64,000 nt of DNA from Hydrolagus colliei (Eukaryota), in contig CM068750.1 of NCBI GenBank assembly GCA_035084275.1, positions 9,920,001-9,984,000 of the forward strand, in the 5' to 3' direction. The position numbers and the translations under genes were made by a program. The notes under the pieces were generated by a model. It had not been told where the DNA came from, made no database searches, and saw nothing but the letters and a program-made list of their open reading frames with translations. Shown here one piece after another: positions 51,817 to 64,000 of the stretch (the stretch's first letter is position 1; every line of letters begins with the position of its first letter).

Positions 51817-54800
51817 TCATATTCCTCAATTCATTTAGGGAAAAATCCAAAGATTGGACACTCTTGTCATCAGGGCATTCAAAATCAATGTTGGGACATA
51901 CATTGGCTGGTGATGGGCAATGGTGCTTCTGCATCAAGCTCTAATTTGCTGCATACTTTTTATATCACCTGTCTCTGATTAATTTCATGTTTGAATGAAA
52001 ATGTCCATCATTTTAGCCTTTCTACTGTTTCCATTTCATCTTGCTTGCCTTGCTGTGGGGTCCAACTAAAGTAATTGCATGGTACTATTAGATAGACGGT
52101 ACCTGGAGACGTACAGAGTAATGTTTCCCAATGCAGAATATGTTGAGATTATTCTAACACTTTCACTTGTGAGTGCTGAATTCCCTTTATTGCTTGCAAG
52201 CACACACAAAACATCTTCCAAAGTATCTGTTTATACCAGTGAGTGCTGAGTATTGTGTAGAATTCCAAAATGATAAAATATTTATTTTGGGGTGAAAACA
52301 TATTGTGTAATAGTTGCAATTTAAAGTTAACTGATTTTTTTTTACAGCCCAGCAATTTTTTAAGTTACTGATACATACGCTAAAATATTGTTTTACTGGA
52401 TCAGTTTAAATTCTGGAAATTGTGCTCCTTGACTGATAATAGGAAATATAAATAATGGTTTTATTGTAAGCTGTTTTCAAAATGGTCATCTCTGTTCCCT
52501 TGATAAATGATGAGGAAAAAAACCTTTTCAGAAAGATTACAACTGAGCCATCAAATTCTCATCTCAATAAATAAAGCAATATAGGAAGTACTAACATAGT
52601 AAATATTCAGGGCTTTTTTTCCCCTCACGCAGACTGTAGACCATATGGACAGAAAATGTTCAACCACAAAATTACTTTTTGGTTGCCATAATATACAAGT
52701 GTTACACTTTGTATATTACAATTCAGAAAATTCCATAAATAATCTATATTCCCTTACAGTGGTTTGTACATTATGAAGCAGTGACATTGAATTTTGAATG
52801 CAACTTCCCTCAGGTGGTAGTTTTGCATTATGTCTGTGGTAAAGATGATCTTTATCCCACAGCAGTTACACTGTAATGTTGCAACACTCTCCTAACATTA
52901 GTTAACGGGGCTGCAGACATAATCTTTTTTATATTTAGCTTTGAACAAGACGTCTGCAAGATGGAGTAAACCTATACAGTAGTTTGGTTTACGTTGGCCC
53001 CACTGTTATCCTCTTACAATCATGCCATTGGTAATGTTTTTTATTTGTTAATTCCTTGCAAATAGAGCGTTTCTAAAAATGCGCGAACTTTGATTTTTGA
53101 TCAAGGAACAAAAAAGATGAACTGTATCGGCACTGAAATGAGAGCTTTCTCATGAAAACGTAAGGCATAAGTTGATTGCAAAAAAAAGTGCACAGTACAT
53201 TAAAGGAGAAAAAAGCCCCTTTTGTTCTGACTTATCTTGTACACATTGAAATGCGTAACCGCTGCACTCCAGACGCACCAGTGCTTAAGTCATAAAGTAT
53301 TAAACAGGTTTACCAGAATCATTAAAGACACCCAGACAGAACGTATGAGTTGTGGTTCATTCACTGGGTTAATTTCCTTTTAATAACAAAGAGTTTCAAA
53401 GTGCTGCATTTCTCAAGAATGCTCTATTAATAAAAGCTCTTACCCTGTGAAAAATAACTTTTCCATAATGAAAAGGATGAAACAATAGCTTCTTTATTAA
53501 AGTACGGCCCCAAATCTAATGGCTTCACAATATTTGTAAAATATTTAATCTTGATTTTTTCGTCATGTTATTGCCTCTGGTCCCAGTGCTCAGTATGTGC
53601 TGAGAGATTCTGCCCAGGGTATTGGAACCTTAGTGGTATGTGTAAATCTGGAGTATGAAACCACAATCTGCTTTGTCAGCTTCCTTTAGTAAAATCTATT
53701 GCATGTTGCAGATACATCCTGCTTTTGCCTTTGTAGCAGGTTTTAGACCACAATAACCATCATCAGTTAAAGCAGCCAGATCCATTACATTTCCTCTATT
53801 TCTACAGATCCACATTAGGCTAATATTATCTATTCCCAAAGTGAAAAACCTTCCAGCTGCTATCAATTATTAATACCTTGCTTGCAGCTAATGTTTTGTT
53901 TGAATTATTTAAATGTATCTTCATTTATCAATAAACATAAAATGTTAAACAAAGAATACTAATGAAGGACATAAATTAGATCATAAAATTTACGATATTA
54001 TTTACTGTGCATAGTCTGATTTATTATTGCCATATTTCAGGTAATTAGATTGTTATGCTACTAACGTTTGTTGTGAATTGAGATCATTATGTAGTTTTTC
54101 ATCAGTGTTTTCCGTGTAAAACCCTGCACATCGGTGCAAAAAATAAATCCCTTTTTGGCTTCATTTGAAGTGAATAATAAATAATATATAAAAATCAGCA
54201 TATCTGAACCCTGGCTCCGTAGGAGCTGCATGGAGTAACGGGAGCATTGCCACCTGACTGAGAGACTCAAGTTCAAATCTTTGCCTGGACTGACCCCTAC
54301 ACTTGAACTACCACAAGAGGATAAGCTAAACTAATCTTGACCACATTATCAGAAGGAGGGAGGCAAAAACAAAGTAGCACTATCAGGATCCATACAGAAT
54401 GGACGCTTAAACATCCTTTTATCCCAGGAGAGAACAGCATGAATGAGAGTGTCCTTTTGAGGGCGGTGGATGAAAGTAGAGAGGGGTAAATTTACCTATA
54501 TGCGTATCTAATTCCGTGTTAGCTGGCTCATAACCTGATATACATAATATCAATTTGAATTCTATTAAAGGCACATTATTGCGACAAGAAATGTTTTATT
54601 TCACTTGCATTGAATTAAATTACATTCAGCTTGTAATCAACAGCTCCTCTGAATTGCCATGAAATCTTCTAAAGGGTGATATTTGAACACTCATTGTCGC
54701 CTTTCAGTTGTCGCTCGTTCCTGTGTTTTATGTTGTAAAACTGCTGGGGCGCAGCAGCTTGAAGGAAGATGTTTTGTGTAGAATCCTTTTTTTCAGTAAC

Positions 54801-56656
54801 AATGTGAAGTTCCGCCCCAATGGCTTGTTGAATTGGGAGTGCTGTTCACAGGCCCCTTCTCCTCATCGTGCCATCACTAGAGCAGAACTTCATGATGTAA
54901 CGGAGGTAACAGCTGTACTTTATTGTCTCCATTGCCAAGTAATAAGTTCTACCATCTCTGCACTATAATAGAAATGTTGCTGTTAACTTTTCTGCAATTG
55001 TTTCATTGCCGAACATCAGTCTTAGACTGGCATTTCTAGAAACGGAAGTCTTCAAGCATGCTACAAAATGAAATTAATATAATGCTTAAGTTACCTAGGG
55101 AAACTATGGCGAACCAGGTTCTTATGCATAATGCTGGGAAAGGAGAATCTTTGAAATACTATGCCATTGCCCAAAGCTTGCAGTTTACCATCTAGAACTG
55201 ATAAATGGACAATTCACTCAAATGTTTTTAACTGAGATGAATTGCCTCATTTAGAACCCATCAGTGGTGGTTGGGGGATGGAAGACTTAAAGCAGGAGAT
55301 GTCCTTGTGGGTGCATCTTAGGTTCATTGTCCAGGACATCGTTTCACAAAACAACTGCATATTATTTTTCCATTAGCCAATCACAATAGTCCAGTCAGAT
55401 CTGCAAGGTGACAGCTGCTCTACTGTGTCCTGAACCTCCAGCTGAATAGCAACCTTGGCAAGCCTTTCCCCAAGTGTCATTGTTGTCGTTAATGTGTTTT
55501 TCCTTTCAGCCCACTACTTCTGTGGATAGTAGGAAACTGTAAACTTAGCTTAACCCCCCCACAAGTATCAGGATAAACACAGGTCATTATAAGGTTTGCC
55601 AGTAGTGTTGAATTTTTTTATGGGGGAAAAAAAATGTTTTCCTAACCGAGTCAGCAATATAGTTGTTCAGAGATTTCGTAATTTATGAGAAAAAGTCTTC
55701 TGCTGCAGCAGGCTAAGTAACATTTGAATAAATACAATGCAGTTAATTAATGTTATGTATTTTGATTCCTTCCAGCTAGACCCGAACCATCTCTAATGAT
55801 TAATATTATTTGCAATTTGTACTCTGTTTTGTCAGCAAGGCAAAACCATTTACTCTGTGCACGGCAGGCTGCCGGCACTTAGCAGTGCCCACGGTCAACT
55901 TGGCAAACTATCACTTATCAGCATATTCAACATGGGGAACCATCCTCACTCAACAAAGCTAGAGCACACTTCTTATGCTCAAATTCACCACATTTTGAAG
56001 ACTGATGATTTAATATTGGAACAAATATGAATTGAGGTGAAGAAGCAGTCCTTCCAACCCTGTCCCATTTGATTGATCTATTTGAGCTTCAAGAGAAACA
56101 CTTTGAAGCAGAGTTATTGCCATGAGTTCATGGAGCACATGGTCAAGAATGTTGGGTGAGCCCATAATATTTATATATGAAGAGCTGAACCAATGTTAAA
56201 AAAAGAGAGGAAAAATCTAAAAATATATGATGGCTTTAATTGGTAGAATCTGGCAAAGCCACAAGGAGCTATATGGTCTCCATGTGTAATAAGGTACTAG
56301 GTGAGCTAACTCTTCCCCACAGACAATGAGACATTGAATCTTCCAATGCCTTTTTTTCAATGGATTGATCCATTCATTCTCTGGCTAGGAACTCAGTAAG
56401 GGCCTTGCTGAGGAAAGCGTTTTTTTTTGCTGTTTTATCAGTGATTAAAATGAACTCTGAGCAAAGTTTGAAAAAAATTACAGCACAGTTAATAGAGGTT
56501 AGTGCTAGTTACATTTGAGTGTGATTTTTAATGAAGTGGAATGAAGGAAAATAACATTATGAATGAGCTGATTATCGACCTATTTCAGAGCTCAATTCAA
56601 TACACTATAATTGTATTTTTGCTGGGGTGTTTCAGCTTATTCAAGGTTACAAATCA

Positions 56657-56725
56657 AAACAACAGCAATTTTACACTTATATAGTCCCTTTCACATCAAG
56701 TGTATGTTTCAAAGTGCTTGACAGA
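56657..56725 (-). mobile_element. Type II L2-like tail (antisense)
   Basis: 'aacaacagcaattttacacttatatagtccctttcacatca...caaagtgctt'. Confidence 0.6.
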
Positions 56726-57364
56726 ACCAAAAATCACTTTACTATCATTCAATAGATTTTCAACTTGTTCCTTGATATAGAAAATGATTTCGACCAATTC
56801 AAGTGAAGGTATCCAATGAATCCCTTCCAGGGGTTTACATTGGCCCATCTTCCTCTAAGTGGATATCCATCCTGTACCATGACCACTCATTACACTTGTT
56901 ACTAATGGATGTGTGTCATGACCCTTCGTTATTCACTAAGGGTTGCAGCAAGGATTCCGTCTGTCACGATTGCTCTTTCTCTGTACCTACAAACTCCAGC
57001 AGAGGCCACTAAATGTCACCAGACATCCAGTAAAGAATAGTTGGTCAGTTTGCACATCAGTTCATGTTGTACCTTAGTGATACTTACAATTCTCCTTTTC
57101 ACTATGATGTACGTTTTACAGTGTGTTGGGATGGTTGGAGCTCATGCTTTCTCATCCAAATAATACTATTTCATACCTCAGGGTATAAATTATTTGGGGC
57201 TATTCCTTTGACTATAATCTTCATGGATAAAATACCCAATCGTGCAGAACATATCACCAGGGTATTTATTTACCATTCGCTTGTTGTTTCTCTTCCCTTA
57301 CATTCTGGAATTACACCAAGTGCATCACTGTCTGTATATTGTCATGTAGATGCTGCTCGTGTTC

Positions 57365-57425
57365 CATGCACTTGGAGGCGTAGAGCCGCATGAAAGGTGC
57401 TATATAAATAAAAGTTGTTGTTGTC
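57365..57425 (+). mobile_element. L2-type 3' tail
   Basis: 'gcacttggaggcg...catgaaaggtgctatataaataaaagttgttgttgtc'. Confidence 0.6.
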
Positions 57426-57820
57426 ATGGTTAGGAATAAGGAGGGGTGGGGGCAATGCTTGGAATGTGCAGTTATTAGGGTATTTACCCTCACTGACTTT
57501 AAGATGTTAAAAGATGAATTTTGTTATTCACATTCATTCAAAGTACCTATTCAAACCTCATGTGCTTTAACTTTAAATAGATAGGCAGAAGGATAGTTAG
57601 CCTTAAATCAACCATACAAATTATAACCGTGGTTTCAAATCCATATTTAACCCTAAATTAATGTTGGGTCACTTTCCAGTCATACTACACTGAGTGTCAT
57701 AACAGGTTGCTATCTGATGGCTTTGCTACTAAAGTAGCAGGTTGCTACTTTTGAATGTCACTTTGTTAAACACTAGCTGTATAATTACGAACACACAACT
57801 GGTTAGAAATTACTTATTGG

Positions 57821-58038
57821 ATATCTATATCCATTCTAATAACTTTGACATTAGTCTGTTGAAAACCTATATATCAAGATGATTAGAATTTACAGTGCTT
57901 TATATGTATGCTAAATCATGCTGAATTTTGCAATATCTATATCCATTCCAATAACTTTGGGATTAACTTGTTCAAAACCTATATATCAACATGATTATAA
58001 TTTACAGTGCTTTATATGTATCCTAAATCATGCTGAAT
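57821..58038. repeat. Tandem duplication, period 112 bp, ~1.95 copies
   Basis: The unit 'atatctatatccatt...aaaacctatatatcaa.atgatta.aatttacagtgctttatatgtat.ctaaatcatgctgaat' starts at 57821 and 57933. Confidence 0.95.
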
Positions 58039-61000
58039 GTAGTGCTTTTAGATCATTCAAATTGTGTTTGGTTACCATGGGCCCTTTTTACAGCATATGT
58101 TCTTGTCTATTGCATCTTAAAAGCTACAAAGCATTTCCGATATTTTCAGTAATAAAACATTGACAAAAAAGCCAAGATGAACTTTATATTATCAAGAAAT
58201 CAAACTTCTCTGTATCTAGTGGAGCAAATGTGGCCCTTTGTTTCATCCCAATTCAGTGTAACATACAGAGGCAGTCCATTTCCAAAACACAGAGGACTAG
58301 ATCAGTCTTTCAGAAACTTGCCCCCATATTGTACACAGAAATCACTGCTGAGTTAATAGCTGCTCCTTGCACTTTTACAGTAGAATCCAAAGTGTTTTCA
58401 CCACAATGTTGATTGAAAGATGTACCTTTGACACATTGATCAAGCCTTCTTTCTGTTTCGCTCTCTACCCTTGGTAAGATATAAATGTGCCATGAATGGA
58501 TAGTTCTAACCATATTCTATGCATAACAATCGCAAAAAGGGTACTGAATCATCCATGTCAGAGGTGACTGGTCGGCATGTTTTGGTCAGCCAGATGAGCC
58601 ATCAACCTGCTCAAGAGTATCTAGCCCAACCTAGATAGTTCCATATGTGTATGCCACATACACTTGCAAATTTTACAGCAATGCACACCCTCCCAGAGGG
58701 GTGTACCCTACTAGCCTAAATTCAGAAAGTTTTAGACGCTGGTTGGTTGGTAACAATCAGCCAGATGTTGGATGTTGTCCATGATAAGGCTGCAGGACCC
58801 AAGCATTTGAGTTCTCAATCCAGGTTTCACAATTCTTAAATTGAGAAAGCATTGAACACAAAGCATTCAGCACATTCTGCTGAAGATCGAAATATGACCA
58901 GTGACTTGTGGAGCCATCTAGATGGGCTGTTCTCTGCCATTTCTGCTTCTAAAAATAGTTTAATGGCCAAGATATTCAATTTATTGGGACCTAGATTTTC
59001 TACTTATAAGGATCTTGGCCTTGATTAGTTATGACTATTAAGTGAAGATGTTCATTTCAGAACTTTAAATGGCTAGACTGGTTTTTGAGAACTGCTCTGT
59101 GCTAATTTTATAAAGCATTGAAGGGAAGGTTTCAGATTGAATGGCTTCATCCCTCTTCATCCTATTCTGTAACTACTTGACCCAGTAATGATTACAGAGG
59201 TAGTACCAGTCAGTTTTTATTATTAAAATCTTTAATTTTAGAATCGGTCTTGACGGATTAAGTCTTTGGTACTTAAGGGACAAATGGGAGCGGGCAGAAA
59301 GCAGGAAAAAAAATCTTTGCACTAATTCCTACGGTGTACTGAGAAGGGAAAAAGTGGCAGGCAAACTCTTGACACTGAAGCAAAGCTACATTACATAGCC
59401 AGAAAATGAGTAGATTTATCCTTCTCTCAACTAAGTCAGGAAAGCAATAACAGTTTAAAAATAGTATTTTTTAAACTGTTACCGTATTGATGCAAATGTT
59501 TGTTACATGGACAGTGGATACATTTCAGTTAGTAGCATGATAAATTTGGACTTGTACAAATACTCTTAATGGGTTCATAGGGATTCATATTTATCTTGTG
59601 GCCTTGGGTTGAATGGGATTGGGATCAGATCAAACCAAACTAGAAATCTGAACTGAAGCCAATTTTGTGCATCCCTACAGCAGGAATCTCCTTTAATGAC
59701 ATTTGCTTTGTGGAATGGCGATCTTCAATCCGTTTCTCAGCTGTTCCTCCCCTCACCCCGACCCCACCACGTACAGATTGCTCAGTGTCTCTGCCATGCT
59801 TCCCGTCTTTTATGTAAGGCACTAACCAAGCATTGTTTATTGCTGCAGCCTGGTGGGCAACTGTACACACCTGGTGGCCAAATGTTCAGCACACATCAAG
59901 CTGAGGCAGTGTGGATCACATGGGAATCGCACTCTGGATAGTATCAGGAGGGCTGGTTTCATTCTTACCCACACAGTGGATGCAAATTGCCTTGGACTGA
60001 CTCCTCCATGGTCCATTTAAAAGCTCTGCAGCCTTAAGTGAAATAGAATTGATTCAGCTGTCAGTTTCTCACACCCAAAAATAATGTGTGATTTTTTTTT
60101 AAATGAACTCCTCCCTTCAGTGTATATGGAAGCTGATGCTTCTATATAAAAATAACTTCAGTAATCTAACACACAATACAAGCTATTTTAGAATATTTCA
60201 CACAGGTAAGGACTGGGAACGTTTCCTGACTTGGGTTTAAATGAGCTGCAAGTGGCCTGGTTTCGTGCTTCCAGAAATAAGATCTGATGATTTATTCCTT
60301 TTCATACAGCGCCACCAGCCTACAATCAATGTCTCTGTTTTCAGCAGCTCTTTGAACTATCAAAGTTCAGCTACACAATACAAATGAGTGCCCTGAATAT
60401 CCTCTCCTCTTCAGGAGTAGCTTGACTCTAAATGTAACGTGATGCATTTCCCGAAAATCAAATTCCTGTGATTTTTTTTACAACTGGGTAAGTTATCTAC
60501 TGCTAAAAAGGATCTAATGCATTTTCACCTCCAATGACAAATTATTATTTTATGCATGTTCCAATGGTTGATCAGAAATATTGTATGTAAAAATTATTGA
60601 TCTGATATTAACAGTTGAATAGGTAACATATTCCACTAAATTAGATTTATACTTCAACAAGGCATGGAATTTCATGTGGTTTACAATGTGAACAGCCATA
60701 AAGTAGAGAAATAAGACTATGGGGTACCATTTGTGGATTACCATAAGGGGATTCCAGACATACTCCCCATTTTTGTTAGAGTTGGGTTTCTTGTTGTGGA
60801 ATAACACTAAGAGTTACTGCAAATGCAACCTCTAGAAAATGTGCATTTAGAAATATAGTTTTCAATCAAAATGAATGCAACTGTTCCAGCTCAGGATGAG
60901 ACAACATTCTTGCTAACATTATTTTTGACTTGGTTTTTGACATAGTGGTTTGTGCCTCTTGGTAAGGAAGGCCTGACTTAGTGTAAAATTTATTAAACAC

Positions 61001-63362
61001 TGGATAATGTACAGTACTGACAAATCCGGGTAAGTGAACAAGGATTATGTTTTAGATTGAAAGCCAAATACCTTTAGCACAATGTAATCATGTACCATGA
61101 ATCATTTATGGATCTGCCATTTTGTAAGTTAAGTTGCTACTTTCACCATTCCTCATCTCTCTCTCTCTCTCTTTCTCAGCATCCTGCCCACCACCCGCCC
61201 CCACCACCCCTAACTCTCCCACACCTGCCCCACACACACACATTTGCCATTCAAACCAGAAGTGACCTGGCAATTGAAACAAAATGGGTCGTGGAACATC
61301 GTGATAATAGTCTGGTGATGTCAAGCAGATTGCTATAAAAGTCCCCTCTCTGACACCAAACTGGTAATTCATTCCATGTAGGATCATGAACTCACTTACA
61401 TTATGAAACCTGTACAGGAGTCAACACAGTAAAACTTGATGGGACTCATTTATGCTCAATATTTGCTTTAAAATCACTACAGCAGCATTTTAGTACAGTA
61501 TATCAAAATACGTGAAAAAAAACTTTTTGAAACTCAGCATCTTTTAAAAAAAACATTGCAAGAATATTTCAGACTGATGTGAATCTTTGCAATCTCTTTG
61601 CTAAACTGTCCAGGGAAAGAAACTGTTAATATATCTCTTGCATTCTGATTGACGAATGGAACTGGTTCAATGTATTTACAAATATGCAGCACGCAGGCTC
61701 CTAACCATATTATAATGGCATCATTCACAAAATAATCAGTGTAATCAATTTAACAACGTTCAAAGCATCACAGCACATTTTAGTTCCCTCCCTATTGATT
61801 TATGGGTTGTTGCGTTGTCAAAACTCTACCCACACATCCAAGGCAGCAATCTGAAATAAGTTTTGTCCTTTTGAGTGCCAGTACTTTCTATTCTTAAATG
61901 CCCCAAACTCTTCTGTCGATATTATTGATATTATCCGCAGGCATTTTGAGCAATCCTTCTGTCAGAGCCGCTAATGATGGTGAACAGGGTGATTGCATTG
62001 GCCTGATGCTGGGTGGATAGAAATGAGTGGAAGAATCATTGATAATGTGTCAGGCTCTTCAGAGGTTTGATTAGCTCTCTGACTAATGCCATGCTAAGCA
62101 GAAACATTACTCTACCCTGAGAGAAGAAAAATATTCTTCAGGGAAATTAACTGATACCAATGAAACAGTGTACCAAGGAAATTCTTGGATAAATTAACAA
62201 CGCAATTACATTACATGACACATTGTGAGATGGATGAGAAAAACTTTGCTGGTATTATGTTCTATTTTCAAATTGCAATTTATTTGAGGGCTTTAATGGA
62301 CGTCTTATTAAAACATCACCACACTGGTCAGGTTTCATCATGTGTCAATAAGTGTGTGATTAATGACACTGTCTGTGGCATTCTCTGCAGCTTGCAGTAA
62401 ATTTAAACAGAAAGCAGTAAAAGCAAAACATGCGCTTGAGAAAAAGGGATTGACTCAGAGAGAGAGGTAGAGAGCTTGGTTTCTAAACAAAACAATTATA
62501 AATGAAAGCTAACATTCATAGCAATAATATATTATTGAAAATGTAGTAAATGGTTATATCAGATATTTGCCAATGCTCATATCTCTTCCTTTTAATAAAC
62601 TCAACATTATTTGTGCATTAAGCTAAAATTATTTTGACAGCCTTTCTAAAGATTAAATGCTTATAGCTAAAAGCACATCTTATGTGTAAATGTATTGGAG
62701 GGTAACTTGCGATCCCGACTCAATAAGTAAGTGAGAGAACCAGTGGGTTGACAATACATGTGAGTGAGGAACACCCAATAAAATGATAAAGGTCTTCCCT
62801 GCAAGTTGATTAAGCTGGGGAGTCCAGTGCTCTCTGCTGTGTGTGCTGTTTGTTTAAAATAAAACCACACGATTTTTGTTTTTAATGAGGATCATTAAAA
62901 GTGTAGCACTCTGTTTAATAGCACACATTGTGACCTGCCTTTCACCCCTCTCCAGATGTGACTGGGGTGACTGGGCATCATCTTGGAGATCCTTTATCAG
63001 GGACATATTAAATTTCCAGGAACGTTTGTTTTCAAATACCGCTTCATTCATGAGTGAAAACTAGTTGCAATAGCAAGGTTGTCAGATCATGAGATCAATT
63101 TTATATCATACTGAAGTATCATACCATCATTTATCAAGTAGTTGGGTTCTCATATAATTTAGGCCTTTTTTTTCTTCTAGTTTCTGATCAAATCAACTCC
63201 TTACATAATCTACAGTTCCATGTCAATATTACTTTACTATGGTAGTTTCTTTTTGCATTTCTGAGTGTATAGTATCTATGGCAAGATGTGGGAAGCTTGC
63301 CAGATAGCACGCTCAATAGCAAGCTGTGCTGTTTTAGCTGGTTAAACTAGTGGTATGCGAGC

Positions 63363-63584
63363 ACACACTCTGGAAACCCATGCCTTGACTCTTGCCAAAC
63401 TGCCCAAATACTCTCAGAATTTAGGTAAATGGCAGGGTGTATCCCTCCAGGGAGAGAATGCACATTCTATTCCAGACAAGGAAAAATTTGTGCAATCCAC
63501 ATTTGGAACTCTATCTGCTTTGGGACGTCCTCATGACGTGAAAGACGCTATACAAGTGTAATTTTATTGTTGTAGTTGTTGTTG
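63363..63584 (+). mobile_element. Old SINE 3' half with type II tail
   Basis: Homologous to 51631-51816. Ends 'gctttgggacgtcctcatgacgtgaaagacgctatacaagtgtaattttattgttg'. Confidence 0.75.
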
Positions 63585-63749
63585 GTTTGGATACTCTTAA
63601 ACAAGGTGATAGGTCTCATCCGTCTCGGACACCCTGCTGACCAAAAAAATGGTGGAGAATAAAGTATTTTTATTTCAGCCAGCACTATTCAGTCAGTTTT
63701 TACAGTACTTGTTCTGCATGAACTGAACAACATGTTGTATGTTAGTGAA

Positions 63750-63935
63750 AGCTGAGTTCTCTCCCCTCTTGCATCACTGTAATGTTGTGAAAGTCAGATC
63801 TTAACTCACTGAAGAACACTCAATGGCATTCATCGAAAGCTGCTTGCCAGCTCAGACTGCCACTAAAGAGAGGTTCAAACCTGAACCTTTGCACAGCTTA
63901 CATGGGACGTGCCTTTATCCACTGTACTATGTGAG
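63750..63935 (-). mobile_element. Probable ancient tRNA-SINE 5' part
   Basis: The minus strand begins 'atagtacagtggataaaggcac...aggttcaggtttgaacctc', which has A-box/B-box-like spacing. Confidence 0.4.
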
Positions 63936-64000
63936 AGGCTTAAAACACTGCTTTAATAAACAAATCTGGACCTGTATAATGAACTGAATCTTGAGCCAAG

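Noticed and set aside
54215-54300. Possible ancient SINE head ('gagagactcaagttcaaatc')
   Set aside because: Only a B-box-like motif is present, with no matching body elsewhere in the window.
57821-58038. CRISPR-like array
   Set aside because: It is a simple two-copy tandem duplication without spacers, in a eukaryotic context.
61157-61240. (CT)n, C-rich and (CA)n tract; also the G-run at 18522-18544
   Set aside because: Ordinary low-complexity or microsatellite sequence with no further structure.

Overview
AT-rich, CpG-poor eukaryotic genomic DNA with no long ORF. The repeats point to a vertebrate, most likely a cartilaginous fish (inference): tRNA-headed SINEs with L2-type (TTA)n/(TTG)n tails, Deu-domain SINEs, LF-SINE-like relics, L2/CR1/RTE LINE fragments, a shark-type CR1 3' tail and a shark-type palindromic repeat. 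The window reads as mostly intronic. There is one good candidate coding exon (48642-48728, +, 87 nt, phase 0/0, gene not recognised) and several repeat-free, homeodomain-motif-rich blocks that look like conserved non-coding enhancers. Almost all ORFs in the track are spurious or LINE relics. I found no convincing novel biological system. The most notable structures are a triple-nested retroposon at 21545-22505, ~50-bp tail-only insertions inside SINEs, a 22-bp locally templated insertion, an ~80-bp-stem palindrome with an 11-bp target-site duplication, an internally duplicated RTE fragment, and two convergent same-subfamily SINE pairs. Family names come from recalled consensus motifs, not database searches, and boundaries of old repeats are approximate.
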